From positions 15,357 through 79,356 of the forward strand of contig DYKY01000001.1 of assembly GCA_020722365.1 (NCBI GenBank): DNA of 64,000 bases, read 5' to 3'. Below are positions 8,763 to 16,084 of this stretch, in pieces; within the stretch, counting starts at the first letter, position 1, and each line of letters starts with the position of its first letter. The notes below the pieces were generated by a model. It searched no databases. It was given only the letters and a program-made list of their open reading frames with translations, and was not told the DNA's origin. Both the position numbers and the translations under genes were made by a program. This stretch comes from Thermoflexus sp. Its GTDB lineage: Bacteria; Chloroflexota; Anaerolineae; B4-G1; SLSP01.

Positions 8763-9002
8763 ATGGACGTAGGATTGTTGTGGCACGATGGTGGTTCGGC
8801 AGATCTGGCGGGGACGTTGGCACAGGCAGCCAAGCGATATCGCGACCGTTTTGGAGACAAACCCAATGTCTGCTACGTGCACCCAACGCTGTTGCCCGAC
8901 GGCGACCGCAAGGTGAACGGCATTCTGGTACGTCCGTCCGCGCGGGTTTTGCGCCACCATTTCTGGCTCGGGCAGGAGAAGGCCGAGCAACCCACAGCGT
9001 AG
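8763..9002 (+). CDS. Hypothetical small protein (~79 aa).
   Basis: GGAGGG RBS precedes the ATG at 8763. Last gene of the same-strand cluster. Confidence 0.35.
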   Translation: MDVGLLWHDGGSADLAGTLAQAAKRYRDRFGDKPNVCYVHPTLLPDGDRKVNGILVRPSARVLRHHFWLGQEKAEQPTA

Positions 9003-9044
9003 CGCGGTTTCCATACCGCGCGCCCACGTTGATGTAGCGTGGCG

Positions 9045-10010
9045 CTATAGACTCGTCAGTTGTACAATCAGCAAATCGAGGGCGGCCTCGGCTTCCAGTA
9101 ACCCCCGCTTGATGGCGAGGTCACTATCCACAAGTAACTGATAAGCTGCGCGCAACTGCTCCGGTGTGAAATGCTGCGCCTGAGCGCGCAATTTTGAGGT
9201 GACAAACGGCTGCAACTTCAACCGGGCGGCAATATCTGTCTCGCCGGCCCGACGATCGTCCAACCAGCGCACCTGGATTAGCAGCCGGAACTGCCGTACG
9301 ATCATCCCGAAAATTCCCAGCGGGTGCTCCCCCACCTCCAATAGCCGGTGTAGATAGAGCGCCGCATTGCGCGGATCGCGTTGACCGATCGCGTCCACCA
9401 TAGAGAAGATTACGTCGGCGCTTTGAATATAAGGCGCCATAACCTTTACATCCTCGACGGTGATGGATTTGTTCTCCCCACAATACAGCATCAGCTTGCG
9501 GACTTCCTGATCCAGCAAGCGCAGATTCGGTCCGATATTCTGGGCTAACAAGGCAGCGGCCTGGAAATCGATGGCGCCCCGGTGCATTTTCGTCCGCTCG
9601 ACGATCCAGCGGGAAAGGTCTTTCGCGTTAGGGACGGCAAAAGCCTGGATGTTTGCGTTCAGTTTTTTGGCCTGCGTCAGGACGGCGTTCTTTGCAGCAA
9701 GCGCCTTACGCTCACTGAAGATCAGAATTGTAGTGGGCGGGAGGTCTGGCAAATATGCGGCGATTTCGTCGATCTCTTGGGCGGCCCGCCCCTTGGTCTG
9801 CGACAACACTTCGCGCGCGATAACAATGCGCACGTCGCCGAGAAAGGGGGTGGCGCCGCATGCCTGGCGCAGCGTGGCGGCTGTCACGGGGCCTGCCAGA
9901 ACCTCTGTATTGAGGTCACGCAAATCCGGCGTCAGACCTGCTTGTTGGACAATCGAAGCGAGGGCCTCTTCGCGCTGAAGATCATTCTCACCGTAGAGCA
10001 GGTGCAGCAT
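9045..10010 (-). CDS. holA: DNA polymerase III delta subunit.
   Basis: N-terminus MLHLLYGEND and the delta-subunit clamp-loader pattern. Start taken at the internal Met; the ORF track extends it upstream to 10166. Confidence 0.7.
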   Translation of the reverse strand: MLHLLYGENDLQREEALASIVQQAGLTPDLRDLNTEVLAGPVTAATLRQACGATPFLGDVRIVIAREVLSQTKGRAAQEIDEIAAYLPDLPPTTILIFSERKALAAKNAVLTQAKKLNANIQAFAVPNAKDLSRWIVERTKMHRGAIDFQAAALLAQNIGPNLRLLDQEVRKLMLYCGENKSITVEDVKVMAPYIQSADVIFSMVDAIGQRDPRNAALYLHRLLEVGEHPLGIFGMIVRQFRLLIQVRWLDDRRAGETDIAARLKLQPFVTSKLRAQAQHFTPEQLRAAYQLLVDSDLAIKRGLLEAEAALDLLIVQLTSL

Positions 10011-10512
10011 CGTAAACCTGGCGGGTGTGGACGCGAATCCGTTGCAACCCACGGTGATAATCGGTAAACACCGAGGCGATTTCCATACCGGCCACGTTGG
10101 CATCAGTGGTGAATGTCCCCTGCACCCACTCCGCCAGCGTGGGGGCCGCCAGCAAGGCCAGTACATTCAGTAAAATAAGATGGGGCAATCGTTCCAGAGT
10201 TTTACCAATGGATGGCTTTTCCCCTCGAATGCCTAACAGCGTCGCCAGCGTGGTCAACGTCGCGGTGACGACCGTATTCGTGCCACAATTGCGATGCACG
10301 CGCAACGCGCTTTCGCCGGCTTTGAGCCGTTTCAATGCCTCCATCACCGCCGGAACGATCTCTTCTGCTGTCAGCGATGTGTAAATCGTAAACCCCCGTG
10401 GGCCGGATATCCCCATGGCCTGTGCGCCGGGATGTCGCTTGCCGAGCAGGTTAAGTGTGGCGTGTTCCAGGGCATGGTTACGCCGAATACGATGGATAAA
10501 GGATAGATTCAT
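9988..10512 (-). CDS. Hypothetical protein (174 aa).
   Basis: ORF with coding-like codon usage. Motif HRNCGTN. No confident family assignment. Confidence 0.4.
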   Translation of the reverse strand: MNLSFIHRIRRNHALEHATLNLLGKRHPGAQAMGISGPRGFTIYTSLTAEEIVPAVMEALKRLKAGESALRVHRNCGTNTVVTATLTTLATLLGIRGEKPSIGKTLERLPHLILLNVLALLAAPTLAEWVQGTFTTDANVAGMEIASVFTDYHRGLQRIRVHTRQVYDAAPALR

Positions 10513-10513
10513 A

Positions 10514-11413
10514 TTAATCTCCTTCTATGAGCGCAGATGGAGCTACCGGTAGCGCGACCGGATGGGCAATGATCAACAACCGGTATGCCAGGCTGTTGTA
10601 AGGGTGGCATGTCACCAGGGTCAGCCGCTCATCGGCAGTGGGTAAGACATAGTGTGCGTTCTGAATGCGCACCTCAACAGGCTGCCCCGCTTCGGGAAGG
10701 AGAAGTTTCTCGGTGACTGTGTACGTGTAGGTCGCGCCATCTTCCGCCTCGATCAGGATAGTCGCGCCAACATCGAGTTTGTACAAATCGCGGAAGACCT
10801 CACCGTTCGACGTGTTGTGCCCATTCAACACGGTGTTACCCGGCGCCCCGATCTTCGCCGACGTCTCGTGCCATCCGGCCACACGTCGATGGGGAACATC
10901 CCATATCGGCTGCTTCACACCTCCAATCTCAATGTATTTCCAGCCAGTGGGGACAATCGGCGCTTCCAGGTCAATATCCGGGATGAAGAGACGCACCGGG
11001 ACAACACCCTCTTCGATGGCCTCTACTGGCAAGGTATACGTGATGACAGGGTTGGCATCTTCGGGATGCGTGTAGGGGACATAAGTTATCGTGGGGAGGG
11101 GGGTCATCTCTGGCACAAGTGTAGGTATGGCCTCTGGCGCAACAACATCCTCAACCGGCGCTTCCTCTTGGAAAGGCAATAGCGGAACGATGACTTCTGG
11201 GGTAGGCGTCACCACTACCGTGACTACCGGAGCTACATCAGAGGCGTGCAACAGCGCATCGATATTCGGCGCCAGGCTCAGGTAGCCTAGCACGATCCCC
11301 ACAAGGAGCAGGCCCGCTCCTCCCCACACTAACAGATTGACGACACTTAACCTTCTGTTATCCATATCCCCCCAACTGAGGGGTATTATAGCCGATTTTT
11401 GAGCGAGCGACAA
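10514..11413 (-). CDS. Sortase-family transpeptidase with an N-terminal TM anchor and a Pro/Thr-rich linker.
   Basis: Active-site motif LTLVTC (TLxTC) and an upstream His in VLNGHNT. Confidence 0.7.
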   Translation of the reverse strand: MSLAQKSAIIPLSWGDMDNRRLSVVNLLVWGGAGLLLVGIVLGYLSLAPNIDALLHASDVAPVVTVVVTPTPEVIVPLLPFQEEAPVEDVVAPEAIPTLVPEMTPLPTITYVPYTHPEDANPVITYTLPVEAIEEGVVPVRLFIPDIDLEAPIVPTGWKYIEIGGVKQPIWDVPHRRVAGWHETSAKIGAPGNTVLNGHNTSNGEVFRDLYKLDVGATILIEAEDGATYTYTVTEKLLLPEAGQPVEVRIQNAHYVLPTADERLTLVTCHPYNSLAYRLLIIAHPVALPVAPSALIEGD

Positions 11414-11418
11414 CTTTT

Positions 11419-11970
11419 TCAGAAGTTTTGATACACTTCAGGCTTGAGCACGCCAATGAAAGGCAGATTGCGGTACTGCTCGGCGAAGTCGAGACCATAG
11501 CCGATAACGAACTCATCCGGCACTTCGAAGCCGACAAAGTCCAACGGCACCTCAACTTGACGGCGGCTCGGTTTGCTGAGCAGCGTGGCTACGCGGATGC
11601 TGGCAGGCCTACGGGCGGCAAAGTTCCGCAAAATGTACGTCAGCGTGTTGCCGGTATCCACGATATCTTCAACAATGATCACGTTGCGCCCCTGCACATC
11701 ACTCGCCAGATCCAGCAGAATCCGCACGGTGCCCGTACTGGTCGTTCCACGCCCATAGCTGGAGATTTCCATGAAGTCGAGTTCGTGGCGGAAGGTGAGA
11801 TGGCGGGTAAAGTCGGCGAGGAACAAAAACGCACCCTTGAGGATGCAGATCAGGATGGGCAAATCATCGTCGGTGTAGATCGCATTCATCTCGGCGGCCA
11901 GCGTGACAACCCGCTCCTTGATCTCGGCTTCGGAAATCAACACTTTTTCAACATCGTCAAGTAGAGACAT
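11419..11970 (-). CDS. hpt: Hypoxanthine-guanine phosphoribosyltransferase.
   Basis: PRPP-binding motif VIIVEDIVDTGNTL and HPRT family length (183 aa). Confidence 0.85.
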   Translation of the reverse strand: MSLLDDVEKVLISEAEIKERVVTLAAEMNAIYTDDDLPILICILKGAFLFLADFTRHLTFRHELDFMEISSYGRGTTSTGTVRILLDLASDVQGRNVIIVEDIVDTGNTLTYILRNFAARRPASIRVATLLSKPSRRQVEVPLDFVGFEVPDEFVIGYGLDFAEQYRNLPFIGVLKPEVYQNF

Positions 11971-12053
11971 CGTGACCTCCTGAAGATAGCCTTCAGCTAT
12001 CAGCTTTCAGCCAGCAGTTTGCTAGCTGAAAGCCGACTGCTGATGGCTGACCG

Positions 12054-12614
12054 CTACTGCTCGTAAACGCTTGGCTTGAGCATCGCAATGTAGGGCAAGG
12101 TGCGGAAACGGTCGGCGTAATCCAGCCCGTACCCCACCACCCACACGTCGGGAATCTGGAACCCCAGGTAATCCACCGCCACCTCGACCTCGCGGCGGTC
12201 GGGTTTGCTCAGGAGGACGGCAGTGCGCAGTGAGGCCGGCTGGCGCGCGCCGAAGATGCGGTACAGGTATTGCAATGTGTAGCCGGTATCGACGATGTCT
12301 TCTACGATCAAGATGTGCCGCCGGGCGACGTCAGCGCGCGTATCCATGATCATCCGCACTGCGCCGGTCGCCGCGGCGCTGTCCTCGTAACTAGAGAGCG
12401 CGATAAAATCGACGCGATGCGGTACGGTGAGCCGCCGTGCGAGATCGGCCATGAATATGAACGAGCCTTTCAGCACGCCGACAAGTAAAAACTCCTCGTT
12501 GCGCAGTCCGGCATAGTCAGTGCTGATGATGTCGGCCATTTGCTGGACACGCTGCTGGATCGTGGCTTCATCCAACAGGATACGCTCCACAGAATTGGGT
12601 AAGATCATGTCCAT
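12054..12614 (-). CDS. hpt: Second hypoxanthine phosphoribosyltransferase paralog.
   Basis: ILIVEDIVDTGYTL. Start is the internal Met (MDMIL). The ORF track fuses it to an out-of-frame upstream extension. Confidence 0.8.
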   Translation of the reverse strand: MDMILPNSVERILLDEATIQQRVQQMADIISTDYAGLRNEEFLLVGVLKGSFIFMADLARRLTVPHRVDFIALSSYEDSAAATGAVRMIMDTRADVARRHILIVEDIVDTGYTLQYLYRIFGARQPASLRTAVLLSKPDRREVEVAVDYLGFQIPDVWVVGYGLDYADRFRTLPYIAMLKPSVYEQ

Positions 12615-12615
12615 G

Positions 12616-13212
12616 TTATTGCTCCTCAGGTTGAGGGCGTTGCGGCGTCTGGTGATGCGCGCGGCAACGCGCTTCGTAGACTTCGCTGGCGCCGACCAGG
12701 ACGACGGGATCGTCGATGTAGGCCGGCTGGCCGGCGATGAGCCGCTGTGTGCGGCTGGCCGGCGCACCGCAGACGACGCAGATCGCCTGCAATTTCTCCA
12801 CGTGCTCGGCAATCGCCAGCAGTTGAGGGATCGGGCCAAAAGGCGCTCCGCGAAAATCCATGTCCAGTCCGGCGCAGATGACACGTTTACCCTGATCTGC
12901 CAGCGTATTGCACACGTCAACGATCCCTGCGTCAAAAAACTGCACCTCGTCGATGGCGATGACATCAGCAGTCGCATCCAGATGGGCCAGCAGTTCTGCG
13001 CTATCGTTGACGGGGATCGCATTCTCCTGCAACCCGTTATGCGAGGCGATGGCCTTATCCGTGTAGCGCAGATCGATGGCAGGTTTGAAGACCTGAATCT
13101 TTTGGCGGGCAATCACCGCCCGGCGCAAACGACGAATGAGTTCCTCGGTTTTGCCGCTGAACATGCTCCCACAGATGACCTCGATTGATCCGCTACGACC
13201 GTCTTGATTCAT
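12616..13212 (-). CDS. tdk: Thymidine kinase.
   Basis: P-loop [13 protein letters not shown] and C-terminal zinc-ribbon cysteines. Its stop lies 2 nt from the hpt start. Confidence 0.85.
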   Translation of the reverse strand: MNQDGRSGSIEVICGSMFSGKTEELIRRLRRAVIARQKIQVFKPAIDLRYTDKAIASHNGLQENAIPVNDSAELLAHLDATADVIAIDEVQFFDAGIVDVCNTLADQGKRVICAGLDMDFRGAPFGPIPQLLAIAEHVEKLQAICVVCGAPASRTQRLIAGQPAYIDDPVVLVGASEVYEARCRAHHQTPQRPQPEEQ

Positions 13213-13318
13213 ACGAAGCTCCTGCTTATGGATTTTTACCCTGTCCTTCCCAAAGGCCACATTCGGCGGGAATACAAAACCGTGCGGAGAAGAAAACTCG
13301 TGGAAAACAGAAAATGAA

Positions 13319-13346
13319 ACGAGGCAGGGGATGTCCCCTGCCTCGT
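13319..13346 (-). terminator. Intrinsic terminator downstream of rpmE.
   Basis: GAGGCAGGGGAtgtCCCCTGCCTC stem, followed by a T-rich run on the minus strand. Confidence 0.6.
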
Positions 13347-13353
13347 CGGTAAA

Positions 13354-13842
13354 CTATGCGGCGGTTGCCATTTCCCTGGTGACTTCATCGCCTGGAAGGA
13401 TGTAGCCACGCGCGCGCAAACCCTTTTTCAGATCGGCCAGACCCTTGAGGCCCAGACCCTTGATTTCGGTCAGCCCGTCGTCGCCTTTCTCTTCCAAAAT
13501 GGCAAGCAGGTCGCCGACTTTCTCCAGACCGGCGTCGGCCAGCACTTTCTCCATCCGCCGCCCCAACTCAAGCGTGCTGATGGCCAGTTCAGGGGAAACG
13601 CGTGCGGACTTGCGCTGCTCAAGCTGCTGGAGCGCCTCTTCACGGGCTTGCAGGCGGCGCATAAAGCGATCGACCTGACCTTCGGTGTCCACGATGCGCT
13701 GCTCACCGGTGAAGTACGGGTGGCACTTCGCGCATACGTCAGTGTGCAACTCTGGCACTGTCGCGCCAATCGTCCACACCTCACCGCAAGCACAAATGAC
13801 TTTCGCCTCGGGATACCATGTGGGATGAATCTGCGGTTTCAT
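13354..13842 (-). CDS. rpmE: 50S ribosomal protein L31 fused to a ~90-aa C-terminal extension resembling the RNA polymerase alpha C-terminal domain (HhH).
   Basis: N-terminal 70 aa [38 protein letters not shown] is canonical zinc-ribbon L31. The extension [58 protein letters not shown] matches the alpha-CTD pattern (LELSVRS.N.L...GI.TVGDL....E.EL.KI.N.GKKSL.EIK..L). Confidence 0.7.
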   Translation of the reverse strand: MKPQIHPTWYPEAKVICACGEVWTIGATVPELHTDVCAKCHPYFTGEQRIVDTEGQVDRFMRRLQAREEALQQLEQRKSARVSPELAISTLELGRRMEKVLADAGLEKVGDLLAILEEKGDDGLTEIKGLGLKGLADLKKGLRARGYILPGDEVTREMATAA

Positions 13843-14102
13843 GCTGCCACACCTCCTTCAGCAACGACAACGTTCACCCGCTTGCGCCCGTGGACAACGT
13901 CGTACTTGACGCGCCCATCGGCCATTGCGAAGAGGGTGTAGTCCTTGCCCATGCCCACGTTGACGCCGGGCTTGATATGCATTCCCACCTGACGCACGAT
14001 GATATTGCCGGTAATAACGGCTTCCCCACCGTATTTCTTGACCCCGCGCCGCTTGGCGCGACTGTCGCGACCGTTCGTTCCAGTTGCCTTCTTGCGTGCC
14101 AT
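13839..14102 (-). CDS. rpmA: 50S ribosomal protein L27.
   Basis: [29 protein letters not shown] is the canonical L27 N-terminus. Confidence 0.9.
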   Translation of the reverse strand: MARKKATGTNGRDSRAKRRGVKKYGGEAVITGNIIVRQVGMHIKPGVNVGMGKDYTLFAMADGRVKYDVVHGRKRVNVVVAEGGVAA

Positions 14103-14106
14103 TGTG

Positions 14107-14421
14107 CTATGCTCCCTTCACAATATCGTCAACGCGCAGACGCATGTAAGTCTGGCGATGACCCTGGCGACGGCGATATCGCTCTTTGGGACGATATTTG
14201 AAGATGCGAATTTTGGGACCGCGGAATTCGTCCATGACGGTAGCGCGCACGACCGCGCCCTCGACCGTCGGCTGCCCCACCAACACATGCTCACCGTCAT
14301 CCAACAAATAAACCTGATCCAGTTCCACCTGTGCGCCCACCGGGTACGGAAGCCGCTCGACAATGAGGTCGCTTCCGACGCTGGCCTTGTACTGGTGTCC
14401 TCCCGATTTGATCACTGCGTA
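14107..14421 (-). CDS. rplU: 50S ribosomal protein L21.
   Basis: [17 protein letters not shown].. L21 signature. Start at the internal Met; the longer ORF-track call to 14625 is probably leader. Confidence 0.85.
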   Translation of the reverse strand, partial: YAVIKSGGHQYKASVGSDLIVERLPYPVGAQVELDQVYLLDDGEHVLVGQPTVEGAVVRATVMDEFRGPKIRIFKYRPKERYRRRQGHRQTYMRLRVDDIVKGA

Positions 14422-14644
14422 CACGTTTTCCTCCCTGATCCACAAGCCTATGGTCATAGGCCCTAATACAAAACATGAGCCGACCCCTTGAAGGTTCGGC
14501 TGTCGGGTCATTATAGCTAAGTCGATGAATTTGTCAAACCCCATCGTGCGAGAATGAAACACACCCAAATCAGATTCGGCAACTTGTCTTTTGGCCCTTT
14601 CGGTGTACAAAGCGTGTGATCTCATGGTTTTTACCCCTTGTTAT

Positions 14645-14658
14645 AGAATATATGTTCT
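14645..14658 (+). promoter_or_regulatory. Degenerate Cheo-type LexA box upstream of radA.
   Basis: AGAATATATGTTCT (GAAT-N4-GTTC, 1 mismatch to GAAC-N4-GTTC), 29 nt upstream of the radA ATG. Confidence 0.3.
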
Positions 14659-14686
14659 AGTACAATAAGGGGAGGAGGACAATTCA

Positions 14687-16069
14687 ATGGCGAAACGGGA
14701 AAGTCGCTGGGTCTGCCAGCAATGCAACTGGAGCTACGCGCGACATATGGGCAGGTGTCCCAACTGCGGCGCGTGGGATTCCCTGGTTGAAGTCCCACTG
14801 GAGACGGGGGATAGCGGTACAACAGCATCAGCGCCGCGCAGCGCGCAACGCCCGCAGCCGTTAAGCCAGGTCGATCTCGGCGCGGTGGACCGCATTCCGG
14901 TACTGATGAACGAGTTCTCTCGCGTGCTCGGCGGTGGGTTGGTTCCCGGCTCTATCGTGCTGATCGGCGGTGAACCGGGGATCGGCAAGTCGACGCTGCT
15001 GCTGCAAGTCGCTGCCGCGCTTGGCTCGACCGAGCATCCCGTGCTCTACGTCTCCGGGGAAGAATCCCCCCGGCAGATCAAAATGCGCGCTAAACGCCTG
15101 GGCATTGAGGGCGATCCGCTGTACCTGCTGTCGGAAACCGAGGCCGGCGCCATCCTCGCCCAGGCCGGCGCGATGCAACCCACACCGCAAGCGTTGGTCG
15201 TCGATTCCATCCAAACCGTACACAACGAGGATATGACGTCAGCGGCGGGCAGCGTGAGCCAGGTGCGCGAGTGCGCGGTCAGCTTTCAACGCTGGGCGAA
15301 GGAAAGCGGTGTGCCTGTCTTCGTGGTAGGTCACGTCACCAAACAAGGCTCGATTGCCGGGCCAAAGGTCTTGGAGCATATCGTCGACACGGTGTTGTAT
15401 CTGGAAGGCGACCCCTTCCACACCTACCGGCTGCTGCGCAGCGTGAAGAACCGCTTCGGCGCGACTTCCGAGGTGGGTGTGTTCGAGATGCAAGAGAAGG
15501 GCCTCGTCGAGGTCGCCAATCCTTCGGAAACGTTCCTGGCCGAGCGCATGGTGAACGTGCCGGGATCGACCATCGCCGTCACCATGGAAGGGACGCGTCC
15601 GCTCCTGGTCGAGATTCAGGCGTTGGCGAGCCACACCAGCTTCGGCAACCCGCGCCGCACCGTCAACGGCCTGGACTTCAACCGGCTGCTGCTCACCGTC
15701 GCCGTGCTCACCCGCCGGGTGGGGCTGCGGCTGGACGAGCAGGACATCTTCGCCAACGTCGTGGGTGGGTTGCAAATCGAGGAGCCGGCCGCCGACCTCG
15801 CCGTGGCGGTGGCGCTGGCTTCGAGTCTGCGCGACCAGCCCGTTCCGGCGGACATAGCGGTGGTCGGTGAAGTGGGACTTTCCGGCGAAGTGCGTTCGGT
15901 GAGCCAGTTGGAATCCCGGATGAGCGAGGCTGCGCGTCTGGGCTTCACCAAGATCGTCATCCCGCGAAGCATGCAGCGCAAGCAGTTGCGCCCGCCCGAC
16001 GGGTTAACCCTGATCCCGGTGCGCTCGGTGGGCGAAGCCATCGAAGCTGCGCTAGGGCCAAAACGATAA
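14687..16069 (+). CDS. radA: DNA repair protein RadA/Sms.
   Basis: N-terminal C4 zinc finger (CQQCNW..CPNCGAW), RecA-like P-loop GEPGIGKST, KNRFG motif and C-terminal Lon-like domain. Confidence 0.9.
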   Translation: MAKRESRWVCQQCNWSYARHMGRCPNCGAWDSLVEVPLETGDSGTTASAPRSAQRPQPLSQVDLGAVDRIPVLMNEFSRVLGGGLVPGSIVLIGGEPGIGKSTLLLQVAAALGSTEHPVLYVSGEESPRQIKMRAKRLGIEGDPLYLLSETEAGAILAQAGAMQPTPQALVVDSIQTVHNEDMTSAAGSVSQVRECAVSFQRWAKESGVPVFVVGHVTKQGSIAGPKVLEHIVDTVLYLEGDPFHTYRLLRSVKNRFGATSEVGVFEMQEKGLVEVANPSETFLAERMVNVPGSTIAVTMEGTRPLLVEIQALASHTSFGNPRRTVNGLDFNRLLLTVAVLTRRVGLRLDEQDIFANVVGGLQIEEPAADLAVAVALASSLRDQPVPADIAVVGEVGLSGEVRSVSQLESRMSEAARLGFTKIVIPRSMQRKQLRPPDGLTLIPVRSVGEAIEAALGPKR

Positions 16070-16084
16070 CGAGACATAGAGATT

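Noticed and set aside
9988-10512. Assigning a function to the 174-aa protein between holA and the sortase gene.
   Set aside because: Only a weak motif (HRNCGTN) and no recognisable fold from sequence alone. Left as hypothetical.
12054-13112. 352-aa ORF-track call fusing hpt with an upstream frame.
   Set aside because: Only the C-terminal 186 aa match HPRT. The N-terminal 166 aa are the out-of-frame overlap of tdk and are Arg/Ser-rich. The start was reassigned to 12614.
14422-14625. Upstream extension of the rplU ORF to 172 aa.
   Set aside because: L21 is ~105 aa. The extension is non-conserved and probably leader. A possible structured L21-leader-like RNA in 14440-14600 was considered, but I cannot support it without covariance analysis.
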